DNA of 61,036 nt, filler included, from Sphacelaria rigidula (taxonomy: Eukaryota), in NCBI GenBank assembly GCA_964200075.2. It is 10 parts of 10 records of this genome, joined end to end, with 100 filler letters (N's around TTAATTAATTAA, not from the genome) between each part and the next. Parts side by side here need not be neighbours in the genome. Positions count along the whole stretch, not along the records: positions 12,229 to 18,242 come from CAXNAA020022790.1; positions 18,343 to 24,356 come from CAXNAA020022791.1; positions 24,457 to 30,470 come from CAXNAA020022792.1; 7 more parts are not named here. One strand, written 5' to 3'. Under the pieces are notes generated by a model. That model was not told the origin of the DNA and did no database searches. It saw only the letters and a program-made list of their open reading frames with translations. Numbering within the stretch: position 1 is the first letter of the stretch; each line of letters opens with the position of its first letter. Below, piece after piece: positions 12,129 through 25,344 of the stretch. The translations under genes and the position numbers were made by a program.

Positions 12129-13164
12129 NNNNNNNNNNNNNNNNNNNNNNNNNNNNNNNNNNNNNNNNNNNNTTAATTAATTAANNNNNNNNNNNNNNNN
12201 NNNNNNNNNNNNNNNNNNNNNNNNNNNNAACAGCATTTTGACGCTGCAGTACTAGCAGACCTGCTAGCGTCACAGATCTCTGTCCTCAATATCCTCCTTT
12301 AGAAGCTGCTTTTGCTACTACTGGAACACAAAGAAATGATACCTGCTGCTAGGTGTCTCTTTCAAGGCTGAGCAGGGATCGGCCGCCACCTTCTCCCGAA
12401 ATGGATCAATACAATGTGGGTGTGATCCTCGGGCTGTTTCTTGCGTCACTTGACGACCACGTGTCTTCAAGAGTTGTGAAGCAGGGAGGGGCCACGTCCT
12501 TCTGTCATTCATTGTAAACCAACGGGTGCAAGGCCTGAGTCCGTCGCCGATTCTACCGTTGCTTGGTGTGCAAGTTGTTGCTGCAGTGCAGTCCCCCCGT
12601 TTCGCATAACAGCGCTTATTCCCACTTGCCATTATTGCTGTTACTCATGCGTCAGCAGAGATGACTCGACTGCAGCCGACATGGTGCACCTAAGCTGAAC
12701 CTGTTGTAGTGGATCGCCAGCTTTTCGTGCGGAATACATATCGTGAGCAACGAAGCGTGACACACCTTGGTGTTAATTTTGCACGTTTCAGACCGCGTTT
12801 TTTTTTGTGGCTGAGTATTTCAGTTTGGAACTCTTGACCCAGTTGTTCTTGGCCGGCCCCCAAAAGGGGAATATCGCCATCACATGTCTTGAACACCTTG
12901 TATCACCCCAGCGGGAAGAGTATGTCTAGCCCACTTTTCCGATTCGCTTGACTCCGAGGTTTCGAGAATGGACCCTAAATAAAAACCCAGCTGGACTTGA
13001 AAGAATGTGTCGACGATAAAGAAATACCGAAAACCACTGCAGATTGCTGCAGACGTCATATTTTTCTATCATCATTTCCTTTTACCTCATTTTGGGTAGT
13101 TATCCTGTGACAACGAAAGGCGTCAGCATCAGATACCCAGGTCCCAGGACAGAGTACAACAACA

Positions 13165-13612
13165 TGTTCGTGAGATTAAGAACGGATATTGCTTTTGAGA
13201 CGTGACGTTTTTCGATATACACCAAGACGGTCGAACCGTCCGAATCGACCGTCACCCTCCCGAAAGTCCGTGATCTGACGGGAATGTTTGCGCAATCAGA
13301 TGCGGTGTTCGTATATTGGTCAATTCTGCATCCGCAGATATCCTTCGGGGTAGTGCAAGATATCTTTCTTCGGAAGTCTCCGTTGAAAGGAACGTTATCC
13401 AGAACAAGACTGAGAATGTTCCGCGGGACATTTATATGGCCTACGGGAGATACTGTAGACTGAGAATATCCCGCGGAACATTTATATGGCCCGCGGGAGA
13501 TTGGCTTGATGTGTGGTTCTCGGCATTATAGGTGGGAGTTGTTGATCCCCTCGAGGGTCACTCTCTTTTGTTTCCCGATAATAAATTGATTCTTCTTTAT
13601 TCATTGTGAACA
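13165..13612 (+). repeat. Probable 5' LTR of the copia element
   Basis: TGTTC...GAACA termini, AATAAA near the 3' end, internal 44-bp duplication (about 13407-13450 and 13457-13500), directly upstream of gag. Confidence 0.7.
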
Positions 13613-14015
13613 AGCTTCTGGGGCAATCATCGATCTCTGGACACGCTAGCGCTACCAGCTGATACTACAGATAGATCGACTGTAGAAAAGATGTCTCCGC
13701 CCGAGAGCGAAGCAGATGGGAGTGACTCTACCGCTACACAAGAAGAAGGCCTGGCCCACGTTCGTAGAGAGAACGAAGAAATTCTTCGTGAGAACCAAGA
13801 CCTGAAGACGGAGATACAGGAGCTGTGAAGCCTACTTGAACGCAGCCTGGTGGGTCCAGGGGGGGACAGCGGCCGGGATACAGGCCGCGGGGAGTCCTCT
13901 GTCGGAGATGGCGCGCCGGGAGCATCCAGTACAGAGTACGTCGGAAGACATGAAGGTGTCACCGACAGAAGAGCAGCAGCGGCTTTGCAAACCGCAGTCC
14001 CAGTTCTTCAAGGGA

Positions 14016-14115
14016 GATCAGCAGGTACTCAAGGCCTGAGTCTACCGGGAAAATCAGCAGGTATTCAAGGCCTGGGTCTTCCGGAGAGGTCAGCAGATAT
14101 TCCAGGCCTGGACTT
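14016..14115 (+). repeat. 36-bp tandem repeat (about 3 units) in the copia gag region
   Basis: TCAGCAGGTA(C/T)TCAAGGCCTG-type units. Confidence 0.8.
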
Positions 14116-16505
14116 TTTACGCGGTAGGTACTCCTGAATGGTGGGGAAATGTAGAGGTGTTTGGATCGAGTTTCGGTGGTGGTAATAATGCAAGCACAGG
14201 TGGCGTGTCGTCTTTTGGAATGAAAGGTATTTCGATTACTTGCTGGTCTGAAATTCGATAGAACTGCGACTGAATTCCCATGATGGAAAGAGCGTTTTTC
14301 TATACATGCCAGGCAGTGTGGATCGTATGAAGCGTTTAGCACTACCGATGATATTCCAGTTGCTGGTATTGGAATAGGTTTGGCACCTTTGGTTGAGCAG
14401 GGCTTTACAGTAAGCCAACTCAAGCAAGCACAGGCTGCTTGGTGTCATCTGGACGATTGTATAACATGAAAAAGTGTAAGAGCAATGATCAGCAACGCGA
14501 AATCCCCCAGTAAAGCGTGGCGTGTGATGAAAAATCTCTTTTTGCCCCTCACCGAAGCAAATATCAACCTGTATGAGCACAAGCTCCACGGGTTGAAGAT
14601 GAATAAAGGGGAAGGTCCGCACGTATTTTGCTTCGAAGCTCAGGAAAGTTTTGAGCGTTCTACTTATGCTAGGGGTAGCGAAGGACGAGAGAACTGTTTG
14701 TTCCCTCATGTTGCGTGGACTCACGAGTGAATACGAAATGGTCAGAAGTGCTATGAGCATTCATTTTCCGCGTGATAGAAATGCGATAGAAAACCACGGG
14801 CGAAATGCTTACCTAAGTTTCTCTGTACAGGGCAAAATTCCCAAATCGACCAGGCCAGCTCTAGTTGAGAAAGCCAGGGAGATGGAAATAAGGGTAAAGC
14901 TAGGAAGCCGAAACCTGATATTGATACGAGTAATTCCGCTAAAGCTGAAAACGTAGGCAGGAAGCCACTAGAGTGCTTTCGGTGTGGTCTTCCACACAGG
15001 ATACGGGACTGTAAAGCTCACGTCATTAGGGCTCCGGACCAGGGAGGCGAAGCCGAGTCGAAAAGACAGTGGTGAGCTTTCACGGTTGAAGTCATTGGCT
15101 GCTGCTGTTTCTAGGCCTTTCTATGTAGAGCCTTTCTATGAAGAGTGGTGCAGTGATGCTGGTGCTTTCTATCATGTGACAGATTCATTGCGATGCATGA
15201 AAGATCTTACACAAGTATCTTCTAGTGTTGGTGGCATGGGCGGCGTGACGTGTGACGTTTCGCTGAAGGGTAATCTGACAGTAGTAGTTTTTATGATAGA
15301 GGAGAACGAGTATGTAGCAGAGTTGAAAGACGTACTGTATGCTCCTGATCTAGGATAAAACCTGTTTTCGCCTCGTGCGGAATTTGATGGGGAAAGTTGG
15401 GACCGGTTGGGAGGTCCAGATGGTATAATAACTACATTCAACGGACGTGTAACGTTTGCGGACCAGGACGGTATGTTGGTGGCCACAGCATATCGAGTAG
15501 GGGAGCAACTTGATGCTTCTGCATTACCAGCAATTATGCCCTCGAACCCTCCCCCTGCAAAAAGGATGGTTATTAACCTGTTTCACTGTATCTATGGCAA
15601 TGCTCATGAGCCGCTGTTGAGGCATACTGCTAGACATTTAGATACGGCACTTACTTTAAGGAGAAATGCATGCATGCACTGGGTGGTCGATGGCAAAGGG
15701 ATACAGAAAAGGCATTCCTCATCAGACCGAAAATAGAGCTCAAACCAAGCTCGGTAGAGTTTTCGTAGACCTAGGAGGCAGAAAAGAACTTGCATCTGTA
15801 CGGGGGAAACACTACCCAATGATCATCAAGGACGACTACAGCAGAAAATCCTGGCTGTATTTCTTGAAACGTACGGCTGATTCTGATCAGGCTTTCAACC
15901 GTTTCCTGGCAGATGTGCGAGCGAACGGATTTCCTTCAATAGTACAGATCTGACAACGGGGGAGAGTTGTTCGGGGATAATTTCAGAACGGTAAGTGATA
16001 ATCTGTTGATCAAGCAGGAATTTACCCCCGTCAAAAGTCCCCAGTTCAACGGCGTTACAGAGCGCGCTTCAGAAATCATTGAAGCGACGACAATGGCGGC
16101 AAGGATTCAGGCGAAGGTATTGTTCGGTCATGTTCAGCTGCCGAAGACCGAAAAGCTGTAAGCCGAGGTAATGCATTGGGCGTGTGAACAGCTCAACTAC
16201 ACTGCTTCGACCTACAACCCGAACAATAAATCACCTAACGAAATAATGTGGTTCGGGACGGCTATTCCGGCCAGTCCACATCCCTTTCTCAAGCCGACCT
16301 ACTGCCGATGGAAGCGGTCATCCAAGCTACTGCCTAAGGCAGAGAGTTGCTTCTATCTCGGGCCTTCGCGCGAGCATCCGCGCGACTCTCACCGTGTGCT
16401 CACGCGGGGAGGGCACGTTGTCGAGACCCGAGACATCACGTGGGAAGCATCGCCGCAGTCTCTCCGGCCCCCGCAATCACTGACGAGAACGGAACCGGGA
16501 GGGGG

Positions 16506-16716
16506 TGTAATTCGTGAGAGGACCACGTGCTTAGAGGATCGCGCCGTAGTCCAAAGCACCTCAGGATCGACGTTTGTCAAAACCAATCGGGTCAATCCCT
16601 GCAGGTACTACGCCCCTAACCCTAACCCCAACCCCAACACTAACCCTAACCCTAACCACAGGGGTGCTCAAATTCCGATACGGTCCTCTAAGCACGCGGT
16701 CCTCTCACGCATTACA
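16506..16716 (+). mobile_element. 211-bp TIR element containing seven CCCTAA-like telomeric units, inserted in copia pol
   Basis: TIRs of about 36 bp (TGTAAT.CGTGAGAGGACC...GGTCCTCTCACGCATTACA), GGGGG on both flanks, second copy at 18810-19020. Confidence 0.93.
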
Positions 16717-18147
16717 GGGGGGGAAGAACCCTGCGACGATGAGTTGGTGGAAGTGTGGCCGCTGACAGGAAGAGGAATTCCCTACGTGCGGCTACCAACC
16801 CAGGGGATGGAGGACAGTCAACAACCAGCAGCGGCGGCGGAATATCCACTACCGCTGGACGCTCCATCACCATCAGCACCATCATCCAGCGGCGAGTCGT
16901 CATCAACATCGCCCTCGCCATCTCTCGACGACCGATCAGCGTCTGCGTCACCATCATCTCGCAGCAGCACATCAGCACCTGCATCGTCCTCCAGCAACAG
17001 CAGCGACGCCATTCCTGGTCGAGATGATGTGCCAACGCAAACACGCAACGCGCTGAGACAGCTCGAGGCGTATAACGTGGGTCCACATGACGATGAAGAA
17101 CGCAGGGAGGGCAGAACGCGAGCACAATATCGGGCGCTGAACCAGCAACAAGCGATCGGTTTGCTAACTTCGTTGGGGCCCATCAACGGGGACCAAACAT
17201 CGCGTGCGCTGATTGCTGAGCAGAGAACATTGAAGAAGCCGAACGAGATACCTGCCGAACATGCCAAGGAACCAGAGCCCACAACGATTGCCGAAGCCCG
17301 CGCCTCTGCACATGTTGACCTTTGGGAGGAGGCTATGAATTTAGAGTTCGAGGGGTTGCTTGCTGCAGGGACTTTTACCTTAGTAGGATCGGTTCCGGAA
17401 AGGAGTAACATAGTGAACGCTAAACAGGTTTTCAAGTGGAAAGCTGATGTCAACGGCGAAATCTTGAAGGCAAAGACTAGGCTGGTAAAAAAAGGTTTTA
17501 GTTAACGGTACGAGATTCATTTCCTGGAGGTGTTTTCACCTACTGCGAATGCTGCAACAATTCGTCTTCTCGTAGCGTTGGCAAACGCGTATGGATGGGA
17601 TTTTAGTCATTTCGACATCGAGCAGGCGTTCATTCAGTCGAATTTGGACTATGGGGTATGTATGAGGCTGCTCCCAGGTTGCGGATCAATGTCAAGAAAA
17701 AATGTCCGCCTTGATAGATACATTTATGGACTTGAACAGAGTGCCAGACAATTCCACAAACTGTGAGTGTCGAGACTTGTGAAAATTGGTTTCGATCAGT
17801 GCCCGCCGGATCCATGCATATTGCGATTGCAAGTGGATGGTAAGTTGATAGGAGCAGTCGTTTTGCATGTAGATGATATCATTTTTGGAGGGGCAAGTGG
17901 TGTGGGTAAGATAGTAGTGGAAGCACTAAATGACACACTGCCAACTAAGCGTCTAGGTGATCTCACACGGTACATGGGAGTGGAGTGCAAGCGTGACAAG
18001 GAGAACAGGGTTATCGAGTTGTCACAGACAGGTCCCGTTAGAAGCTTACTTGAACATTTTGGTATTTGCCGCTCCAGCTCTCTTCCCGCCTCTACTTCTA
18101 TGAATCTCAGGTCCGTGAATGACGACAAAGAACAACAAAATGTGCGA

Positions 18148-18242
18148 TTTGAGGTTTAACTCCGAGATGAGGTTCAAGCCCAAAACAGTGCTCTCCCCAC
18201 ACTTTCAGCGATGGTGCCCAATGATGTTTTTGTCGGCCTAAT
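18148..18242. mobile_element. Family F MITE arm interrupting the copia RT
   Basis: GATGAGGTTCAAGCCCAAAACAGTGCTCTCCC matches the left arms at about 37275 and 47670. Confidence 0.6.
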
Positions 18243-18809
18243 NNNNNNNNNNNNNNNNNNNNNNNNNNNNNNNNNNNNNNNNNNNNTTAATTAATTAANN
18301 NNNNNNNNNNNNNNNNNNNNNNNNNNNNNNNNNNNNNNNNNNAGACTGCACGCGTCGAGCACCCACGTTGTAGAAAGAGGGCTATTTCTAGCTCAAAAAA
18401 CGCCAACGAATGCAATGAAAGCATCGAAAATCAGATCGGACACGGGGAAGGGCTCGTAAAAACATAACCGACTTTACTTATGTGTTGGAGGAAGTATATA
18501 TATCGGGAGCACGAAAAACTTTTGGCCGCTTTCAACAGCGATTGAAGTGAAATTTTGTGGACAAAAATGGCCCTCAATACCTCCCCCTCCCCCTGTCGTA
18601 GCATGACTCAGTATTAGGGGGGCGTATTATGTAGGAGGTACCATTTCCTTGACAAGATTATTTCTTGCAATGCTGAATCTTCTTCAGTTCCATCGAGACT
18701 ATTCCATGAGCATTCTTCATTTTTATGGTGTAGGAACTACGGAAATATCTTTGATGTTGATATTACAAGGGCTAGTCGAATATTACCGGACTGAGTCATT
18801 GGACATGTG

Positions 18810-19020
18810 TGGAATGCGTGAGAGGACCGCGTGCTTAGAGGACCGCATCGGAATTTGAACATCCCTATGGTTAGGGTTAGGGTTAGGGTTAGTGTTAGGG
18901 TTGTGGTCAGGGGCGTGGTACCTGCAGGGACTGGCCCGATTGGTTCCGAAAAACGTCGATCCTGAGGTGTTTTGAACTAGGGCGCGGTCCTCTAAGCACG
19001 CGGTCCTCTCACGCATTACA
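18810..19020 (-). mobile_element. 211-bp telomeric-repeat TIR element, second copy
   Basis: Same length and gap-free alignment to 16506-16716 (about 89% by eye), flanks ATGTG/ATGTA. Confidence 0.93.
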
Positions 19021-22000
19021 ATGTACACTTTAGGATACGGTTTGGTTCAGATTACACATGCAGTATATTCGGGAGGCGGGATGATAATAGACCAATCAAG
19101 TGGTCGAGAGTGTTCCATGACAGGGTGTAACGCATATGAGAAGTGCACGGCTTGGTTGTTGCTGCATATTTCAGCTCTGGAGGAGCTTGTGTGGTTTGTG
19201 CTTGGTGATTGGAGAGTATGCGAGATTAATACAAGAAGATAATACATTTCCCTTCCTGTCTTGAGAACCTCGTCCAACAGGTTTTTGATAACGCTTCTCT
19301 AGCTACTCCGCCGTCAAACGCACATTGTAACTAGTCCGGCCGATGAATACCCGTCGACGGCGCCGGTGGTGGGGCTCCGGAAAAAACCAGCGGGTATACA
19401 TATCCAGCACCCGCAGTATCTGCCGCCCCCGCGTAGGTCGGACGCGGTAGCTCATGGGTTGGCGGGACGGCCGATCATGACGCGTGGGCGGACGGGATTG
19501 CGTGTCCGTAAGGGATCCCCGTGACCTCCTCGAGGGTTTTCGCAACACCTCTACGCGTTCCCTCTGTTCTCGTATCTTGCCCGTCCCGCATGGCAGTCAG
19601 GTCCCGCGGCACCTTACCAAGCTCGTGGCAAGTTACAGCATCTGCAGGGGATTCTCGTGCAAATTTCAGGCGGTTACCTGCTTCATCATCGAGCTATCTC
19701 TGCCCCTCCATGTCCCGCCCACTCCCAGCGGCTTGATATAGTTCACCACCTCCCCACCCCCAGAACTTTCACCGGCCTGACTACCCGGAGCGGGCTCCAT
19801 CGCAGGTGGGGTAGCGGGAGGTTGACTGAACTTCATCATCAGCCGTATTAATCTACTTCAACCGAAACTCCCGTAAACGATAAGTACGCCCGCGGCTCCT
19901 GGCGTAACCGTATAGTACAACGTTTTCCCCGCAGCTACATCAGCTTCGACAACTTGTGCAGAGCCTGGCTCACGGCTGGATCAACTGCACTCAGACATGG
20001 ATGAAGGGCTTCTAGGGCCGCCATTGCAACCATCTCGTACTTTTTCTGTCTCTCAAGCCCTCGGAATATTTTCTGGCAATCGCTGTGATGTACGGCACTT
20101 GATGGGCAAACTCATTCTAAGCATCGACTGACCCGGGTCAGTACATTCGTCGTTCATCTGAAGAAAACAATGACCCATGTGTATCTCTACTTCAGTCATC
20201 ACATATAATTATTTCGGCCTAAAAGCACATACACTTCTCCGACTGGTCCGCAGATCGCCTTGTACTTTCAAAATGAAAGATCAGGAGGTGTTATTGGCGA
20301 AAAATCATATGCCCTACTGGGATTACACTAGTCAGTATAAATAAAACTGCTCAGGGTACGGTGATGCCGCAACACCTTGCAACCTACTGAAATGCCAACA
20401 TATCCATGACATCACAAATCAAGTAGGCTAAAGTTCATATCTGCGTGAGCAATGCGTCCAAAATCTTCCCCACAGACCCCACTCTTTGGCCGCAGGGGTG
20501 GATGATCTATGAAGTCAGCATCATGTTCAGTTTAATAACGATAACGAGACCTATATCACCCACCCCAACTGTCGGGGATCAAGTGTTACGTGAAATCAGC
20601 CGCTGAATAGGCATCAGCTTCGATTTCCTCCAAACTTCAACGCCAGCAAAGTCCTTTTGTGGTCGCAGAATCGAAAACGTATCCCTGCAGCCATCTGCCT
20701 ACACGAGATTTTCTTGCGAACATGGAGGTCAAGAATCAAAACAGAAACCACCACAAATAAACCATCAGAGGACGCGAGAGGGTTGCGGGGGAGGGGGGGG
20801 AGGGGGGACACCCACTGCAGAAACTAGGACGATTTGTGGTCACAACGAAATGGTTACCAAATGCGTTCATACTCCCAGGGATGGGTCTCATCAATCTCAC
20901 AGAGGAATTCCCCGCAGCAAGAGTAGAAGTCTAAACTCCCACAAATCCCGTCATCATTCTCAATCGTAACGAAAGCAGAGTCCAGCCAACGGGTAATCTC
21001 AGCATGGACAACTATATCGCTGCATATAACATATGCTCAGTTCAGCTCGCGAGACGCTCATCAGCCAACGGGCACAGCGCGATCTTCCATACTCATTCGT
21101 GGCATCAGAGAGTACTGCTACCCAAACGCAACCAAACATTGACAGACACAAGTAATTTTGCCGTGTGATATTTGATTCACCAAAGGCCCTTCGGATGTTA
21201 TTGTACGCAAATTTTGTCTTCACGCAGGAGATGCAATATACGCAAAAACACAAGGACGTGGGAAAAAGTGAGTAGCTCCGAGCAAACGTGGGACTCGTCA
21301 CATCACACGATACCATAGAAATCGATCCAACATATCATACTAATAAAACAAAGAACAGCGATCTCCTTCAGATAGCTCTCCACCACCATCGCTTCCACCA
21401 CCACAGTCATCCCCAGGTTCTTCGTCCGAATCATTTCGCAGAAGTCACGGTCCCGTTCACAGCGTTTGAGCGGAGCGATCAAACCCGTCGGTGCACAGAG
21501 CCCTTTCTACCATCCCGCAGCAGCGCACCTACATGTTTGCTATAACTTAATTGAAGGAACCTCACTCACAGATATCAACGGCTCTTGGTACCAGCCCGGA
21601 TTTCCCTCCCATTTCCGGGCACCACCGATCGGGCAGACCAACGGTCGGACAAGAGGGTCAACAATCAGGTGTGCCGCTGACAACCTCCATAGTCGGAGAA
21701 CTAATGTGCTGTTGTTCGGCCCGGTGTCCTTTGAAATGAGCTCGGATGCATCTCTTCGGATCGGGCCTGACCCCAACGTGGCGCCACACCAGCACTGGTG
21801 TGCGTTTCGTCACATTCCTCCTCTCCGCTTGCCGCAGACCCAGGCGCGGCAGGCGATATACCGTGCACTACTGGGGCCATGAACTCCGTGAAGGTTGACA
21901 ATGTCCGCAGTGTTGTTGGCGCTCCTTCGAGCTCCTCTCAAGGTTTCCGTTAAGCTTTAGTATGTACCCCTTGCTGAAACCTTAACGGAGGCTTTGACTC

Positions 22001-22823
22001 CGTCCGGCATCTTGAGGCCACAAATAAACCGCTGATTACTCTACAATGTTCGTATATTCGTAGCCCACGTAAAAGTGGTACTGACACGGCTGGGACAACC
22101 GATCAAAGGACACGGCTGATAGCCGATCGGAGTTGAGTGAAACGTATCATGACCAACAGTTTACCAAAGGGAGGAGGAGACGAGTGAGGGCAGGGCACAG
22201 AGAGACGCACGTCCAAACCTACAGACAGCGGCGTGCGAAGGAAAAGCCTCGAAACACTTGAACCCCACGTATATCAGTCGACAATATCCCGAACGGTTTG
22301 TCGTCGCCACAACGTAGTACAGGCCCTCTATCCATGACTATTATGGTAGCATCTCGCAAGAATGACATGATCACCTCCTCAGAGGAATTCAGGAACTTAC
22401 TGGAACAGAACTAGCGGCTCAAGCACTTACCGAGTATCGAGTGAGTGCTCCGGCAAAGATGTTCGCAGCTGCCTCCACACTGCTAGATGTCGCTTGTAAT
22501 GAGAAATACGTTTGTACCAGAGACCCCACGATCATGGCCTGAGATAAATGGTATAATAAACGCACAGAACAATTGTAGAAGCGATGGTCGCCAAGAGTCC
22601 CGTTGCTGTCATTATTGACAGTCTCGCCGTTCGTCACACTAACATGCTGGTCTATACACGCACCTATACTTGAAGAAGTGTACGGAAATGAGGGTCGAAT
22701 CGTTTTGATGCAACGCTCCCCGCATGAGCTGAACAAATGGTCAAACAACACCTCCGCCAGGCACCACCGTAACATGTCATCAAAACCAATGGTCAGAAGC
22801 GCAACATATGTCATAATCGAATA

Positions 22824-23359
22824 CTTCATCTGTCCCATAAGTAACGGTACCTAAATTCGTACGGGCCCTTAACGATGTCCGATCGTTTTTTTTTCTTTCG
22901 ATGAACTCTACGGTGTTTATTGGATTTAGAAAATGTGTTCAAAATTGCAGCTCGTGTTTGAACCATGCCGCCGAACGGCTGCAAAAAAAGTAGTTGGCCC
23001 AAAAATGGCCATTTTTTGCCCCTTCCCGAGGGGAAAAAAAGTGTCAAAACCAAAAATTGAGTTTTTTTTAATCGCGTGGGACTTCCTGGCAGCAAGCCCC
23101 TGTGAACGCGGGGGCGATTGAAAAAATTTAAAAAAAAATCGACACTTTTCTTCCCCTCGATATGGGGCAAAAAACGGCCATTTTTGGGGCGACTACTTTC
23201 TTTGTAGCCGTTCGGCGGCATGGTTCAAGCACGAGCTGCAAATTTTAAACACATTTTCTGAACCCCCAAAACACCGTAGAATTGATACAAGAAATAACGA
23301 TCGGACATCGTTTAGGGATCGTACAAATTTAGGTACCTTTACTTATGGGACAGAGGAAG
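22824..23359. mobile_element. Stowaway-like (Tc1/mariner) foldback MITE
   Basis: TA|CTTCATCTGTCCCATAAG...CTTATGGGACAGAGGAAG|TA, with inverted arms of about 250 bp. Confidence 0.9.
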
Positions 23360-23632
23360 TATACTTAACCTCAAGGATTGTAACTGTACACATGCCTGGA
23401 TGCAAGGGAAATGGATATTGAGATCGGATGATGACGTACAGGGGAAATGCGAATGAGAGATTAGTTCTGCTATTTAAGGTATACCCGATATGATGGTTGC
23501 AGTAGATATCTGATCGGGGCACACGCTTTGTCGTTTGGCGAAGAGATGGGGTCATGACGTGTCATTTTTGTATGAGGGATTTCCTCAAGAGTAAACCCCC
23601 CACCTTTTTCAGTGAGCACAAGTGGGTGTTTT

Positions 23633-23634
<2 letters not shown>

Positions 23635-23685
<51 letters not shown>
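23635..23685 (+). repeat. (GT)n microsatellite
   Basis: Seen directly. Confidence 0.97.
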
Positions 23686-23686
<1 letters not shown>

Positions 23687-23742
23687 CTATTTTGGAGGGT
23701 ATATTTTGAGTGTGTTTCCTGGGTGAATTTCATATATGATTC

Positions 23743-24255
23743 TTGGTCTCACGGGCCATGACCGGCCAACAGCGTTCCTCGACGATGCACCCGGTATATG
23801 AGGCATCCGATTATGCTAGCATACTGACTCGGGTCAGGACTCATGTAGGGACAGCTAGGGGTTACCATTGCGTAGGCTTGACTCTACAGGCGTATGAGGA
23901 GTGCGCAACGGACGAGGACTTTATTCGAGACAAAGTGGAAACCAGGCTGCTCGAGGCTTCTCTACAACATGTGTCGAAGCAGTATCAAGAAGCCCTCAAT
24001 CTGGGCGAGGCGCCACTTCTATGGAAAATGTTAGCACAAGGATACATCGGGAAATGGGAGCAAAGACAACAAGATCTTAGACAGCAAGGTCATATACAGG
24101 ACGAGGAGCCGAGCCTGGAACCGCGCACGTGAGCGACATGAGTGGCGGCCCCCCAGCAGCACAGCTCTCCTTCGACCGCATCACAAGATACACGTCTACA
24201 AGCCCAGATCGGACAACCTGGCACATTACGGGTACGCTTTCATGACGGCGACGAT
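23743..24255 (+). mobile_element. Possible 3' remnant of a non-LTR retrotransposon ORF running into an (AAC)n tract
   Basis: QEAL...LWKMLAQGYIGKWEQRQ loosely resembles the Q..IGW...G.L...W...Q block at LINE ORF C-termini. Internal stop at 24132. Confidence 0.25.
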
Positions 24256-24356
<101 letters not shown>

Positions 24357-24818
24357 NNNNNNNNNNNNNNNNNNNNNNNNNNNNNNNNNNNNNNNNNNNN
24401 TTAATTAATTAANNNNNNNNNNNNNNNNNNNNNNNNNNNNNNNNNNNNNNNNNNNNTCTGACCTCGCACCCCCAGAAGGCGGGGAGGGGGCGCGCGGGGT
24501 TTTCGCGGGACCGGGGTGGGGGGGGGGGGGGGGGAGAGCTGGGCTTCCTTCGTCTTTTTTGTACCACCGAAGAACCAACTTTGGGAAATCACCCCTACAT
24601 GACAAGGAAAATACATCGCGACGAAGACTGTAACATATCGAAACAATACGGCGATAATGGGAAAAGAAAAAAAACCTGCAAAGTAGGAGCGATACACTCA
24701 TGGGGATTTTGGGCAGTTAAAACGAACGTAGACACTTTCCAACAACGGGGTATTTTTTTTCGTTTTTTATGTGAAAAAAACAATCGACTGCCGGTAGCAA
24801 GAGACGAAACGTGAGAGG

Positions 24819-24850
<32 letters not shown>

Positions 24851-25179
24851 GAACGAAATGAACAAAACACGGCATTTCTTTCCTCGCGGACTTCGCCTGC
24901 GTCGAAGTGGTCCGACCAGGAACGGTTTTCCCGGAATTTCTTCAGTAGTGCCGCACGTGATTTACCGCAATTCCCACAATTCTTGTGCGGGTTTTTTCTG
25001 TTACCAAGGACAGCTCTAAATGCCAAAATTTGGAGGGGTAGGTGAGGGAGGGGGGGGGGGGGGGGGTTCCGGGGGAGGGGTTGGTATTAGTGGTGAGGGT
25101 GTGGGGTTGTGGGACCTCCCCCAGTCCCCCGGTGTGTTCACTTCAAANNNNNNNNNNTGGTGATGCCCGAGGGGGGGGT

Positions 25180-25229
<50 letters not shown>

Positions 25230-25344
25230 TTCACGGGCAGGGGATGGTATTTAGTGTACGGGTGTTGAGCTGTGTGACATCCCACCGAGCTCCGGTGGTT
25301 TAACATCAAATGATTGATCATTATTCGGTCAGGGCGGAAGGTTG

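Larger units (their letters stand above)
13165..18150 (+). mobile_element. Decayed Ty1/copia LTR retrotransposon (gag-PR-IN-RT), 3' part missing
   Basis: Zn knuckle CFRCGLPHRIRDC near 14975, protease WCSDAGAFYHVT, integrase FVDLGG / KDDYSR / DNGGE / NGVTER, RT FDIEQAFIQ, YGLEQSARQF, LHVDDII. IN precedes RT. Many stops and frameshifts. Confidence 0.97.

Noticed and set aside
12318..12632. THAP-like zinc finger ORF
   Set aside because: Cys spacing is only loosely similar and the C..HF motif is absent.
13407..13500. CRISPR-like direct repeats
   Set aside because: Two units only, inside an LTR, with no spacer series or cas genes in a eukaryotic context.
16818..17453. Long antisense ORFs over retroelements (also 44781-45566, 60408-61016)
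   Set aside because: Shadow frames of GC-rich pol sequence with no independent motif.
18859..18910. Chromosome end or true telomere
   Set aside because: Only about seven degenerate units, enclosed by TIRs within a contig.
19300..22800. Coding-like degraded sequence (also 31700-33400)
   Set aside because: No domain recognisable in any frame. Possibly old TE remnants, which needs a frameshift-aware search.
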